Source: Yuukianura sp. NJ FZ-2021
Lineage: Eukaryota
Assembly (NCBI GenBank): GCA_046563655.1
Contig: CM102290.1
Location: 1,798,001-1,862,000 of the forward strand
Length of the DNA stretch: 64,000 nucleotides
Reading direction: 5' to 3'
Positions 1 through 10,827 of the stretch are shown piece after piece. The notes beneath the pieces were generated by a model. It was not told the DNA's origin and did not search any database. It worked only from the letters and a program-made list of their open reading frames with translations. The position numbers and the translations under genes are program-made. The stretch's first letter is position 1; each line of letters opens with the position of its first letter.

Positions 1-667
1 TTCTGTTGATTACATTACTCACACTTAATACAGAAAGAGATGTGTCCCACCCGCTGATGAATAAATTAGTAATTAGTCATTCCACTAGTACTAATAAGCA
101 CTGTTTATGTGTTGTGACCTTCTCCCTTGCCTCAGAGAAAAAGAAATGCTGCAAAAGGGGGTAACCCAAAGTTATAAAATCCAAAACCAAAATGAAATTG
201 ACACTTCAAAATCCGTTGCAGATGGAGCACCAATTCCCGGACTTAGCAGATTTGTGTTGCCTGCTAATTAGAAAGTAAAGTCTAATCATATGTAACAAAA
301 CTGGCTACATAAATTAGTTACAACTTATATGTAACTAAATTATACATAATATAGAAATATTCCCATTTATTTTATCTAAATAACTATTCCTTTTATAGTA
401 TCCTTTTGAATACGTTAGGAACTTATAGCGATCCGAAACTCAGAGGAAAGGTGAGACACGTATGGACACAAAGTCACACCGCTTTGGTTTACGTCAACCA
501 ACCCCAAGAGCGGGGGAGCTACGACTATGCCTCATTTCACTTGTACACATCTCTGAACTGTGAGTCTGTTGTGACTTCAATCTTCCATTCCACTCAATTG
601 GTAATTGGTGTCTCTATAACGCTGCATCAACTAAGTAATTGACTAAAATTCACAACTGGATAGAATC

Positions 668-3600
668 ATGGACGGCGATCCATTCCTCCCTGCACCTTTG
701 TTGTCAGATCAAGGTATTTTTGAACCGATTCAAAAAGAAACTGCTGAAATTGAAGCAAAGGAAGAAGCTAAGGGAGAATCGATGGAAAAAGAAACTGGTG
801 AAATTCAAACAAAGGTAGAAGATAAGGAGGTACCGATTCTAAAAGAAACTCGTGAAATTGAAGCAAAGGTAGAAGACAAGGAGGTACCGATTCTAAAAGA
901 AACTCGTGAAATTGAGGTAGAAGAGAAGGGGGAACCGATTGAAGAAGAAACTGGTGAAATTGAAGCTAAGGGAGAACCGATTGAAGAAGAAACTGGTAAC
1001 ATTGAAGCAAAGGAAGAAGCTAAGGGAGAACCGATTGAACAAGAAACTAGTGACATTGAAGCAAAGGGAGACGACAAGGGAGAGCCGATGGAGCAAGAAA
1101 CTGGTGAAATTGAAGCAAAGGTAGAAGACAAGGGAGAACCGATAGAAGAAACTACTGGTGAAATTGAATCAAAGGAAGAACCGACTGAAAAAGAGACTGG
1201 TGAAATTGAAACAAAGGAAGAAGCTATGGGAGAACCGATTGAAGACAAGGAACCTATTAAACCAGAGTCAAACTCAAAGCCAGCCTTTCCCAAGAACAAG
1301 AAAACTGTACCGGAGGATGATGAGATATTTCTCGGGTTCGAAAGCGATGAGATGGAAACTGTATATCCACAAACAGAGTACATGTCGGACACATTACATG
1401 CAATGGTTCGAGAATTCCAGGCCGAACATGCCACTGCCATGGCTGAATTGTTTGCCTTGCAGAAGATCCCTATCGCCATTCCGAGAAGTAGCCTAAAAGG
1501 TGTCGGAGGAAGTTTGATTTACATTGAGAAGATAATCACCAAGAAGGATGATGAAGTTCAGACATTCACGATGACTAAACCTCCAGTACAACTGCCGAAC
1601 ATCCAACGATCTCCTGGTAGTGAAGGAGAGCTTATCATTGACGAAGGCATTGTGCCTCCAACGAAGACCAAAAAGAAGACCAAGAAGACTCCGGTTGCAA
1701 AAACTTGGCATGAACCATTACCATTCAGTGAGCCAGAACTCCAGCTTTTGCGTCGTCCTCTGTCTTTCGGTAAGAGATTGATACATTTACATCTACATGC
1801 AAAACATGAATTTGTTCTTAAGTTCGGACGTTTGTTTGTCGTAGGATGGATCCGTGATGTCGTGCTTAAACCGGACGATGGGACATCAGCTGGTCAAGTT
1901 TCATACTTTGCTCCTGATGGCACAATGATTCGTTCGTACAAAGATTTGGCAGTGGCTTGTAAGGAAACTTGTGATAAAGTAGCATCTAAAGTGCTATATA
2001 CAGAATTAAGATTAACTCACAGGTTATTTTATGTTTCAGTAACAAAAGGATGTAAAGGAGGATTGTCACGGGCAAACTTTTCGTTTACTGCACGACCAGT
2101 TGGTGGTTCGAAAAATGAAGTCGTCCGGAAACTACGTACGTCTAGTATTATAACTCGACTTGCTAAGTTAGTGGATGTGTTAACTGTTTTACTTATTTAA
2201 ATGTTTTTCAGAGGACTTGAATAAGCCAAAGAACTTACGACCAGACTTGTTGGCAGAAATGCCCAAACTAAGACCGGCTCAAACCCCTGCGAAGAGGAAG
2301 CGTCCAGATTCAGACTCATCCGCTACTAATTCTCCTGCTTCTAGCTTTGGCAGTCCTGCTTTACCGTAAGTTTTTGTTAAAAATCTACCTTTACTTGTAC
2401 TTTTTCAGGTTTAAATTTATTCACTATAAATATTTTCATGTTTAGAAAGCTCGTTCCAGTTGGAATGACGCCATCACCAGCTACGAAACGACGTCGTGGA
2501 TTCGTTACTCCAGGGAGGAACGTTCCGAAAAATACACCGCCAAGGAAGAATACACTTATCGAAAAAATGCAAGTGAACGACGCAGAAGGTGGTCTATTTG
2601 GCATCTCAGCTTTATCTGAAATTTTTGCCGGGTTGGTGTTTTTGAAATCTGTAAATTTATTTAGAAAGGTTATTAATTGTAATTGCTGTTCGTTTTTTCA
2701 TAATGTTGATTCAGTATGGAGAAGGCAGACGCAGAGCGAGAGTTGGAAGAATACAGTCGCATGATGAGCTTAATGGCAGCTCAAGAAAATGTCCTTGAAG
2801 CTTTGGATCCAACTGGTGGTTCAGGTTCAGTTATTACTGAAGATGGTGAGCTCGTTACCCGCGATGAAGTTCTTCCTTGTTCCATCCGCTGTCCCGGATT
2901 GGCCGAAAAAATTCCTGAACTCCAGTGCATCCGATGTCTGTGTTTGTATCATACTGAGTGTCTCGGGTTACCGGAAGACACTGAACCCACAAATTTCTTA
3001 TGTGCAGTAAGGCCTTATAAACTGAATTTTTACGACGTGATTCCGTTACAAGTGATTTGATTTTTTTTTATTATAGAATTGCGAGGGTACTGATGCTCCT
3101 AGTGTCAATGTCAGTCGTAGTCCAAGCCTCTCTCCGTCGAAAGACGCCATGTACGATTTGATGCACAAAATGCTAGATGTCAAAGGTTCACCGGTTTCAA
3201 CCGTTAGTTCACCGTCACCTTCTCGGCTACTCCATGGATTTGGGAAACAAATCAGCATCAAGAAAATTGATTCCCCTGCGTCCTCACATGACAGTTCACC
3301 ATCGAATCGTGGTCGTCGAGTTCCTGTAATTCCTCAGCTCACGTCTCACAATTTGACAATTACGCCACTCGTTCCGTTTGGAAAAGGTCAGATTCCAAGA
3401 GTTCCAAATCTGTCACCTATGAACAAATTGTCCAGTACAAGCATTCCAGTGTTCAAGAGAGGACGAGCCGGAGCTCAGTCGACACTCGTTGACTCCATTC
3501 CTATGAATCCACAACGTCAAAGCCACATGAACAAACAACTTGCTCAAGACAACAGATCTAAACAGAGATATCCGATTCCAAACTTTGGTGCTTCGTTTGG

Positions 3601-4441
3601 AACGGTGAAACAACCGACTTCGAATATCTTTCGAAATTATCCACAGAGTGTGGTGAGCGTGGGACAACGGAAGTTCATTGTGATTCCGAAGAGTCCACCT
3701 CCCAATGTCATGGAAATGTTTGGACAACAGTCGGAATCACAACAATCAAGATCCGGTGGTCAGCGGAAGTTTTTGGCAGAAATTTTCAAGTACTTGACAG
3801 TACGTGATTTGCTCAAGGCGTCTTATGTCAACAAAGCATGGCGGGATGAAGCTTCAAAGCCATTCCTCGTAAGTTTTTGATTATAAAGGTTTAAGGTTCC
3901 TTGACAACGAAAAATGAATTTTCGTTAACAGGTTGAGTACTACCTCGCTTGTTCACAAAAAAATGAAAAAAAATTGGTACTAATTTTATGTACAATTTAA
4001 AAAATTCGGCTGTATTGTTATGACTACGATACCATGAAATGAAAGACACTCTTTTTGTAAAATCGAAAAGAAAACATGAGGTATTACTCAGCCTGTTAAA
4101 GAAAATCATAGTCCACAAACCTTGATAGAGGATCCTGTTTGAAATTTTGTGAAATTGAAGTTACTAATATTTTTGTTTTGAAATAGTGGAAAGAAATCAG
4201 ACTGAAGAATACGAAGATCTACGACGTGTACTCATTTGCTGAATTTGTGGCAGCTCGTGAAACGGAGACAATCGATTTCCGTAAAATGCTGGGAAGTGTT
4301 TCTTGGGCCGAACTATTTCAAAATCTGAGTTCTGCTCCAGCATTGAAAACTCTCATTTTGGGATCCAAAGTTTACGAACTTGGGGAACTTGCTCGTCAAT
4401 TCTGTCCTCATCTTGAAGTCATTGAACAACCACCAATGTAG
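668..4441 (+). CDS. MBD-like + PHD-like zinc finger + F-box protein with an N-terminal acidic tandem repeat (7 exons)
   Basis: Frame-consistent GT-AG exons at approximately 668-1769, 1844-1958, 2040-2134, 2211-2365, 2445-2630, 2715-3006, 3078-3868 and 4187-4441 (the last two flank a MITE-bearing intron; 8 segments in total). MBD-like: GWIRDVVLKPDDGTSAGQVSYFAPDGTMIRSYKDL...LSRANFSF. PHD-like: CSIRC..LQCIRCLCLYHTEC..FLCANC. F-box: FLAEIFKYLTVRDLLKASYVNKAWRDEASKPFL|WKEIRL. A short LRR-like tail follows (LKTLILG..CPHLEVI). The true 5' end may lie upstream. Confidence 0.8.
722..1255 (+). repeat. Coding tandem repeat, ~54-nt (18-aa) unit, about 10 copies, EPIEEETGEIEAKxEdKG
   Basis: The unit gaaccgatt..gaaactggtgaaattgaagcaaag recurs at 722, 776, 830, 884, 932, 974, 1028, 1082, 1136, 1178 and 1232. 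All length variants (54/48/42 nt) keep the frame. Confidence 0.92.
3891..4124. mobile_element. P-element-like MITE (CAAGG family), copy 1
   Basis: Ends taaggttccttgacaacg ... cacaaaccttg. It is the reverse-complement homolog of 21415-21640. Degenerate TSD ataaaggt/atagagga. Lies in the intron at 3869-4186. Confidence 0.75.
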
Positions 4442-4815
4442 AACATCTCGTTCTACTAAAAATCAAAAGTTTCTCATCCAAGTATGTTCAATTCAAACTC
4501 ACAGATATTTTCAGTTGCATGATCCAGAAGATGCCAAAATGCTGTTTGCTTATCGTTTCTTTTTTCTACTTTGTTTTCATGTTCCGGAAACACTAGCGTA
4601 TTCTCTTAACAAACTTCCTCTTTTGCATTTACTTTTCTGTATTAAGTACTTCTTATTGTTGTTTATATTATTTAAACTTTTAGATACAAATGTCATATTT
4701 ATATACGTGCCTTGTGTCAAGGCATAACTCTTTCTATCCTATTTTTCGTTCTCTGGTATGTCGGAAACTAAGTTAACCAAGTAATTAGTTAACTAATTTA
4801 ACTAAAACTAGTTAG

Positions 4816-7800
4816 TTAATACTTATTAGAGAGTAACCAGTGCTTGATGGTGAGAACGTTACGTTGCTCCCATTCAATGTTAGCCTGTACAGTTTCCAGA
4901 GCAGTGTGTCTTGCTCGTTTTCCAGCTCCTGCGACTGGATGCTTGTCCAGGAATTGGATAATCTGGAAGCCCAGAATTGTATTAATAGTAAATTTATCTT
5001 TGAGAGATGTTTTATCTTATGCAGACTGTTGTTGTATTAGTACTGATTGATTAATGTATTGATTAATATTTGAAAAGTGTTTTACCTGTTGGAGTTGATG
5101 CTGGGAAGAGTAAAAGGATGTGATAGGAAGAATCATTTTCCCAAAGTATCGGTCGTTGACGGTGAATCTCTTTACCAAGTTGTCATACTCGTCTCTATAA
5201 TGAACGAATTAAAAGTTATTTATATTTTTAACTTTGATTAATTAGTAATTTAAAAGTAAGTGAAGAGTACTTACGTGTAGTATTTCCAGAGAATTGGATT
5301 TCCTTTGGGGTTTCTGGCAATATAGCTCATGGCGGTAAAATAGTCTTGACGTCTCACCAACGTTTCATTCCATGCTAAGGCTATGAATCTATCGATATTA
5401 ACCAATATGCAAATTAGTGCAAACGCAATTGAGCTTACATAACTTGTGTAACTGTTTTTGTACCTGCGCAGTGTGTCTGGATCTTGTGATGCCGCCAGAG
5501 CACCGAGGAGACGCACACGCTCTTGTGCATCCGATTCCTTGACGTATCGATTCCAAGTTTGCTTCCAATCGTCCGAGTCTCCTTGCCACACTCCTTCAAA
5601 ATTCCAAAAACGTAAAGAATTCAAAATTTTCTTATGATTTCAAAAAAGTCAAAATTTTTTAGAATTGTGCTAAAAATGTTTGATCAAAGTCGCTCATTAC
5701 CCCAAACGTAAACTAGTGGACGCAGACTAGGTACAACAGGAACATCATTTTGAATCCAGTTATGGAACAGTCGTTTTGCATTTGCCAAACATCCTTCATG
5801 CCCATGTGAACAGGCCAAGTTAAATATACGAGTTTTCAGAAGTCTAAAAATAGACGTATTTAGTCTTATGAATTTTGTCATCATTGGTGACATACACTTA
5901 CTAAGCTTATGGAGAATCTAATGTAAAATTTAAAAAAAAATGTCTAACTTGGTCGAATAACTTACGCGTCAAGATGCGTTTCGCTGGAATTTTCAGACCA
6001 AACGAAACGTTCGTACACAGTAGAAGTGAGATTTGTGATATATTTCTGTAATAAAATTTAAAAATGTAACTTTCTTAACTTTTGTTTAGTGATCGATTAG
6101 TGCAGTATAGCTGTTAGCTTACACGGAATGATGCGTAGGTGTCAGGTGACGAGCTGCGCAGAAGAGATGACACAAGTCGAAGATGTGTAATTGCACAATC
6201 CCATGGTACAAGATGTCCATCTTGTTTCAAAGCATCTCCAAATTCCAGTGCCAAGTCATAGGATACACGACGCGAGTAAGCAAACGAAAAAATGTCGTCG
6301 ACCAATCCACATCTTTCGGCTGGACTAAAATCTTCGACGAAAACGTTTTTGATTTGTTTCCAGACTTCAGTGGAGTACTGAACCCGAAAATAGCCAAAGT
6401 AATCTGGATTCAAGTTGGTCCAATTTCCAGAAGATCCAGCAGGGATGATCACTTTAGCAACAAAATTTCAAAATTAGAAACTTTTCTGAAATTTTTTCAA
6501 AAGTTTTTACAAAAAAGTGTCATATTTTTACAGAAGAAACTTTCGCATACCCTTGTCTTCCGTTTGATGCATCACAATACTTGTAGTTGTTTTGGTTTCA
6601 TTTGTTGTTAATCTTAGAGGTATTTCCCATTTGTAGTTCAGTTGTGACCGTGTTGTTGTATTTTTTAATTGTTCTGGATTTGTTAAGTAACGTTCTTGAG
6701 TAATTGTTAAGTTTCCATCTTCTGTTTCTGTTACAACGAGGACTGGATAACCCATTTGACGTGTCCAAGTTTCCATGAGGAACGACACATTCATCTCGTG
6801 TCCGACTTCTGATTGAAGTGTCGCCCACAGGTCCTTGGTTTCAGCATTTTTGTAACTAAAAGTTTTCAGAAATTTTGAAACTCCATTTTGAAATTTGGTC
6901 GGTCCAATGAAGTACTCCAACATTCGAATAACAGAAGCTCCCTGGACAAACAATAACCAAATTCAGCATAGTATACTTAAAAAAATCTTGTTATTAGGGA
7001 TCAAAATCCGGAGTTCTTGAACCGGATTTATCCTCGAATTCGGATTATCCGAAATCCGGATTTCAAAATTTTCAATCCAGATTCTCCTTTGTATTTGAGC
7101 GTATTGGTGTAATAGAATTTTTTTAAACCCGAATCCGAAACCGGATTTGAGCGCCAGAAATCCGGATAAATCCGAGATCCGAATTTTTAAAAATGGTTGA
7201 GACCCCTACGTATTTTAAAATTGTATAAATAAAACTTAATAAAATTGTTACCTTATTATATGAAATGCTGTCAAAAATTTCTGTGATTTGATCTGGGTGT
7301 GCCACTTCCTGAACGATGGGATGTGAACTCTGCTTGGCATCCAGGACCAAAACGGGCGTCAAGTCCAGCGACACAAACTGGGCTTCGACTTCCCAGTCAG
7401 GATGGACATGGTTGACCGCCTTGTACTCACAGTAGCTTGCGAATCCTTCGTTGAGCCACAAGTCCGACCACCATTTCAAGGTCACTGAAATGCAAAAGGT
7501 CAACATCGGCTAAACCACCAAAAGTCAGAATTCAAACAGCAACAAAGAATCAAGAGCAGAAGCTTACTCAAATTTCCAAACCACATGTGAGCAATTTCCT
7601 GAAACGAAAGAACAGGAATTTTTTTAAAATTGGTTTTTCTTAAATCAGTAGTAAAACGGCGGTAAAGAGTGTTTTTTAACAACAGATTAAAGGTCAGAGG
7701 TCAACTCAGGAGCTTACATGTGACAAAACCAAGGCGACTCTTTGCTTGTTTGCGGCAGTGGAGCTGGACGGGTCGAAGAAGAGGTTGGCTTCGCGAAAAG

Positions 7801-10800
7801 AAATGAGGCCCCAATGCTCCATGGCTCCGGAAACAAAATCCGGTATTCCAATTACATCTGAAGTTTAGAAATACATTTTACATAATTATATTAATAGTTT
7901 TAAAATGTAACAAGCATGATACCCATGCCTGCTGGGCTTCCAACAACATTTTGGAAAAATTCAATTTCTTTTGGTCAATACTGAGGAAGTTGCATTTTAG
8001 AGAATTTTTTAGCCTAATCATGACTTTTTTAATACCTAGTAATACGCCAGAAAGTTAGAATATGATGGTGTTTTAAAAAATATTTCGGAAAATGTTACTC
8101 CTTGTGACTGAGGCAGTTATATTTCATAAAATTTGTGACTTCAAGAGCGAAGAGTTTACTTCTCTATCGCTTTCCGTTCACGAGATATGAATTTTTAAAG
8201 TTTTTGAAAATTTATCTAAAATTTTGAAAATTTATATCTCGAGAACGGAAAGCGATAGAGACCTAATCTCTTCGCGAAAAACTTTCAAAACAGATGAAGA
8301 AATTTTAGAAATATTGAAAACTCCAAAATCGAACATCAAGTTTTTCGTCAAATTTTGAAAAAAACCATGGACTATAGTCCATGGTTTTTTGTGAAATTTG
8401 GTCAAAATCTGAGGGTACCTTTTTATATTTTCTAAAAATACTATGAATTTTGAAAGTTGTTGAAAATTAAAATGAAATTTTGAAAATTTATATCTCGTGA
8501 ACGGAAAGCGATAGAGAGCTAATCTCTTCACGAAAAGCTTTCAAAGCATATTAAGAAATTTTAGAAATTTTGAAAACTCCAAAATCGAACAACAAGTTTT
8601 TCGTCAAATTTTGAACAAAACCATGGACTATAGTCCATGGATTTTTTCCAAATTTGGCCAAAATCTGAAGGTAACTTTTTTAAATTTCTAAAAATACTCC
8701 ATGTTTTTGTGAATTCAGGAGCGAAGAGTTTACCTCTCTATCGTTTTCCGTTCACGAGATATGAATTTTTAAAATTTTCGGAGGTTAACATAAAATAGTT
8801 TCTCGTGACGGATGAAGTTACATTTTAGCCTGAACCTTTGACTTAAAGCTAAAACTTTACAGAGTAAACTCATATGTTACTATAACTATAAGAAGCCGAG
8901 AATTACATCTTGCCTGTAACTTCTCATTAAGTATGTAAATAGATTATATATAATTGAATTTACAAAATACAACATCCACAAAAGACTCACCTAGTTTTGG
9001 CAGTGGATAGTCAATACCAAAGTATTTTTCATAAAAATCTACCATCTTTGGCACAACGGAGACAGCGTAGCGTGTTTTTTCCCGCTGCAATAATACAAAG
9101 CATTTGGGTTCCAAATTTCAAATTATTTTGGAAATTTTAAAATTTCGCTTTTTACTTGAAACTTTGTTGAAAATATGCGTATTGGAACACCACGCTCGGA
9201 TTTTGCACTGTTGTAGTCAAAATCGCCTATGGCAATGGCCACTAGATAAGTAACCATGGGAACAGATTTCTGAAAGTGGACTGTCGTCAGTCCATCGGAA
9301 GGTTGGTCAGGTTGTTCAGTCTAAAAAAAAATTAAATTTTTTGAAAATGCACATTTTCAATTTTTTGAAAAAGCGGATTTTCAAAATTTTCTTATTAAAA
9401 AAATTACCTCTGCTGGCATGTTGCTCAAGGCTGTAAGATAAGAAGGCTTGACTACTGAAATTGAAAATGTTGATTTGAAACCCGGTTCATCAAAACAGGG
9501 AAACGCACGTCGAGCATATGTCGGTTGGAACTTGGAGGACACGACGTATCTGAAAACGTTCAATTCAAATTGTATTTCACATGCAAACATAAAACTTTTG
9601 AAAAACTAAAAACAGGGTCGAGGTAGGTCAACCTTACTGCGTTTGATTAGTGAGAGGATCAAAGTATTCTGATCGGTAGAGTCCAACAATTCCACGTTTC
9701 AAGCTTCCGTTGAACACCATTGCCAGTTTGTACTTTCCAGGAATTAGAGGAGTGGACATTCGAAGGACCAGAAATTCATTCGGTTCATAGATAAACGTTT
9801 CCTGAAAACAATAAAATGTAGCTGCGCATGCGCAAATCAAAGTAGTTTGAAAATGGGACAATACCTGAATGGCAACATGCTCTCCAGAACTGGTTGACAA
9901 TGACGAGTTCGTGACGTCCAGATCTTTAACATGAAGTCGCAAGTGGTCCACCGTTGTATTGACGTCCAATGATATAGACACACGACTACCAAAGTCTCAA
10001 AATTAAAAAAAGAAAATTCCCAAGGTCAAAGGTCAAATTTTCATACCCGGTGAACAATGCATTTGAAAAGTCGGGGTTCAGGTAGAGGTCGTAATGCACC
10101 GGAAACACTTCATCTATCAATCGATGGTTCCGTTCCCACTCTTTGTCTCTGAAAAAAAAAAAACCAAAGAATCAATTTTCTAATTTCAAATTTGAAAATT
10201 TTTTATGTTGCTAGGTTACTGTTCCGAGGTTTCGAGCCAAGGTAGCTATAGCAACAATAGATTTCCTATAATAGGTTGGGCAATATGTCTCACTTTCAAA
10301 AAAATCTCTCCCCAAACTATTTTTTCACCCAAGTTTCATACAAAGTTGTTTATCGCCTGTAGAATGTATAAGTTTGCACCAAATTGAACGTTAAAAATGA
10401 ATAAAAAAAAATCAATTTCCAAAAATTGCCAAGGAAACGACAGTTGCCGTGACTGTCTTTTCATTTTTCGAATTTTGGGGGGAAAAATAGAAAAGCGACT
10501 TATTGCCTAACCTGTTAAAGAAAAAACTATTTTCTTGTTTACGAACCTTGCTTCCAGTGGTAGTGTTTCAAGTGAATTCGAAATGTTTTGATGCTCCGCC
10601 GAATTGTTGGGTGGCATGGCTCTCGGTCCACGCAAGCCATGATCATCCCCCTGTTGGACCAAGCCTTCACCGGATAATGTCAAGGTCGTTTCATCCCCTT
10701 TGATGAGTTGTGCCGAGGGCGATGACCCCGATCCCATGTAAGTCTTCAACACACCAATGCAAATGAGAATTGACAGGCCAAAGACAAACATTGAGCGTGT

Positions 10801-10827
10801 GGTGTACTGATTCACTTGTAGCGCCAT
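4816..10827 (-). CDS. M1-family membrane aminopeptidase, glutamyl aminopeptidase (APA/ENPEP)-like, multi-exon
   Basis: N-terminal signal-anchor MFVFGLSILICIGVL. Motifs: PVHYDLYL, SKFQPTYARRAFPCFDEP, GAMEHWGL, H|EIAHMWFGNL..WWSDLWLNEGFA (HEXXH-18-E), FDSISYNK|GASVIRML. ERAP1-like C-terminus ...AGAGKRARHTALETVQANIEW...NKY* (stop at 4816-4818). Confidence 0.93.
6995..7208. mobile_element. hAT-like MITE with ATCCGG/CGGAT subterminal repeats
   Basis: Ends tagggatc ... gaccccta. Many atccg/cggat repeats inside. Lies in an aminopeptidase intron. No clear TSD. Confidence 0.6.
8146..8775. repeat. Composite direct/inverted repeat block with CCATGGACTATAGTCCATGG palindromes (probable transposon-derived satellite)
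   Basis: A 256-bp direct repeat starts at ~8226 and ~8482. Palindrome cores lie at 8365-8384 and 8621-8640. A ~55-bp motif (tctctatcgctttccgttcacgagatat) is in one orientation at 8146 and 8720 and inverted at 8226 and 8482. Confidence 0.85.
10238..10550. mobile_element. P-element-like MITE (CAAGG family), copy 2; overlaps the aminopeptidase exon-1 donor
   Basis: Ends caaggtagctatagcaac ... gtttacgaaccttg. Subterminal aggttgggcaata / tattgcctaacct. Degenerate 8-bp TSD tttcgagc/cttccagt. Homologous to 19470-19633 and 53465-53741. Confidence 0.8.

Noticed and set aside
221..450. Possible upstream coding exons (221-273, 419-450) of the first gene
   Set aside because: Splice-like sites exist, but I could not join them into a stop-free frame; they may be UTR.
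722..1255. Regularly spaced repeats as a CRISPR array
   Set aside because: The units are contiguous coding repeats with no unique spacers, there are no cas genes, and the context is eukaryotic.
805..1496. Overlapping ORFs 805-1479(-), 939-1124(+) and 1158-1496(+)
   Set aside because: They are shadow frames of the acidic coding repeat.
8232..8531. 99-aa ORF in the aminopeptidase intron
   Set aside because: It is an F/K/N-rich translation of the AT-rich repeat block with no domain signal.
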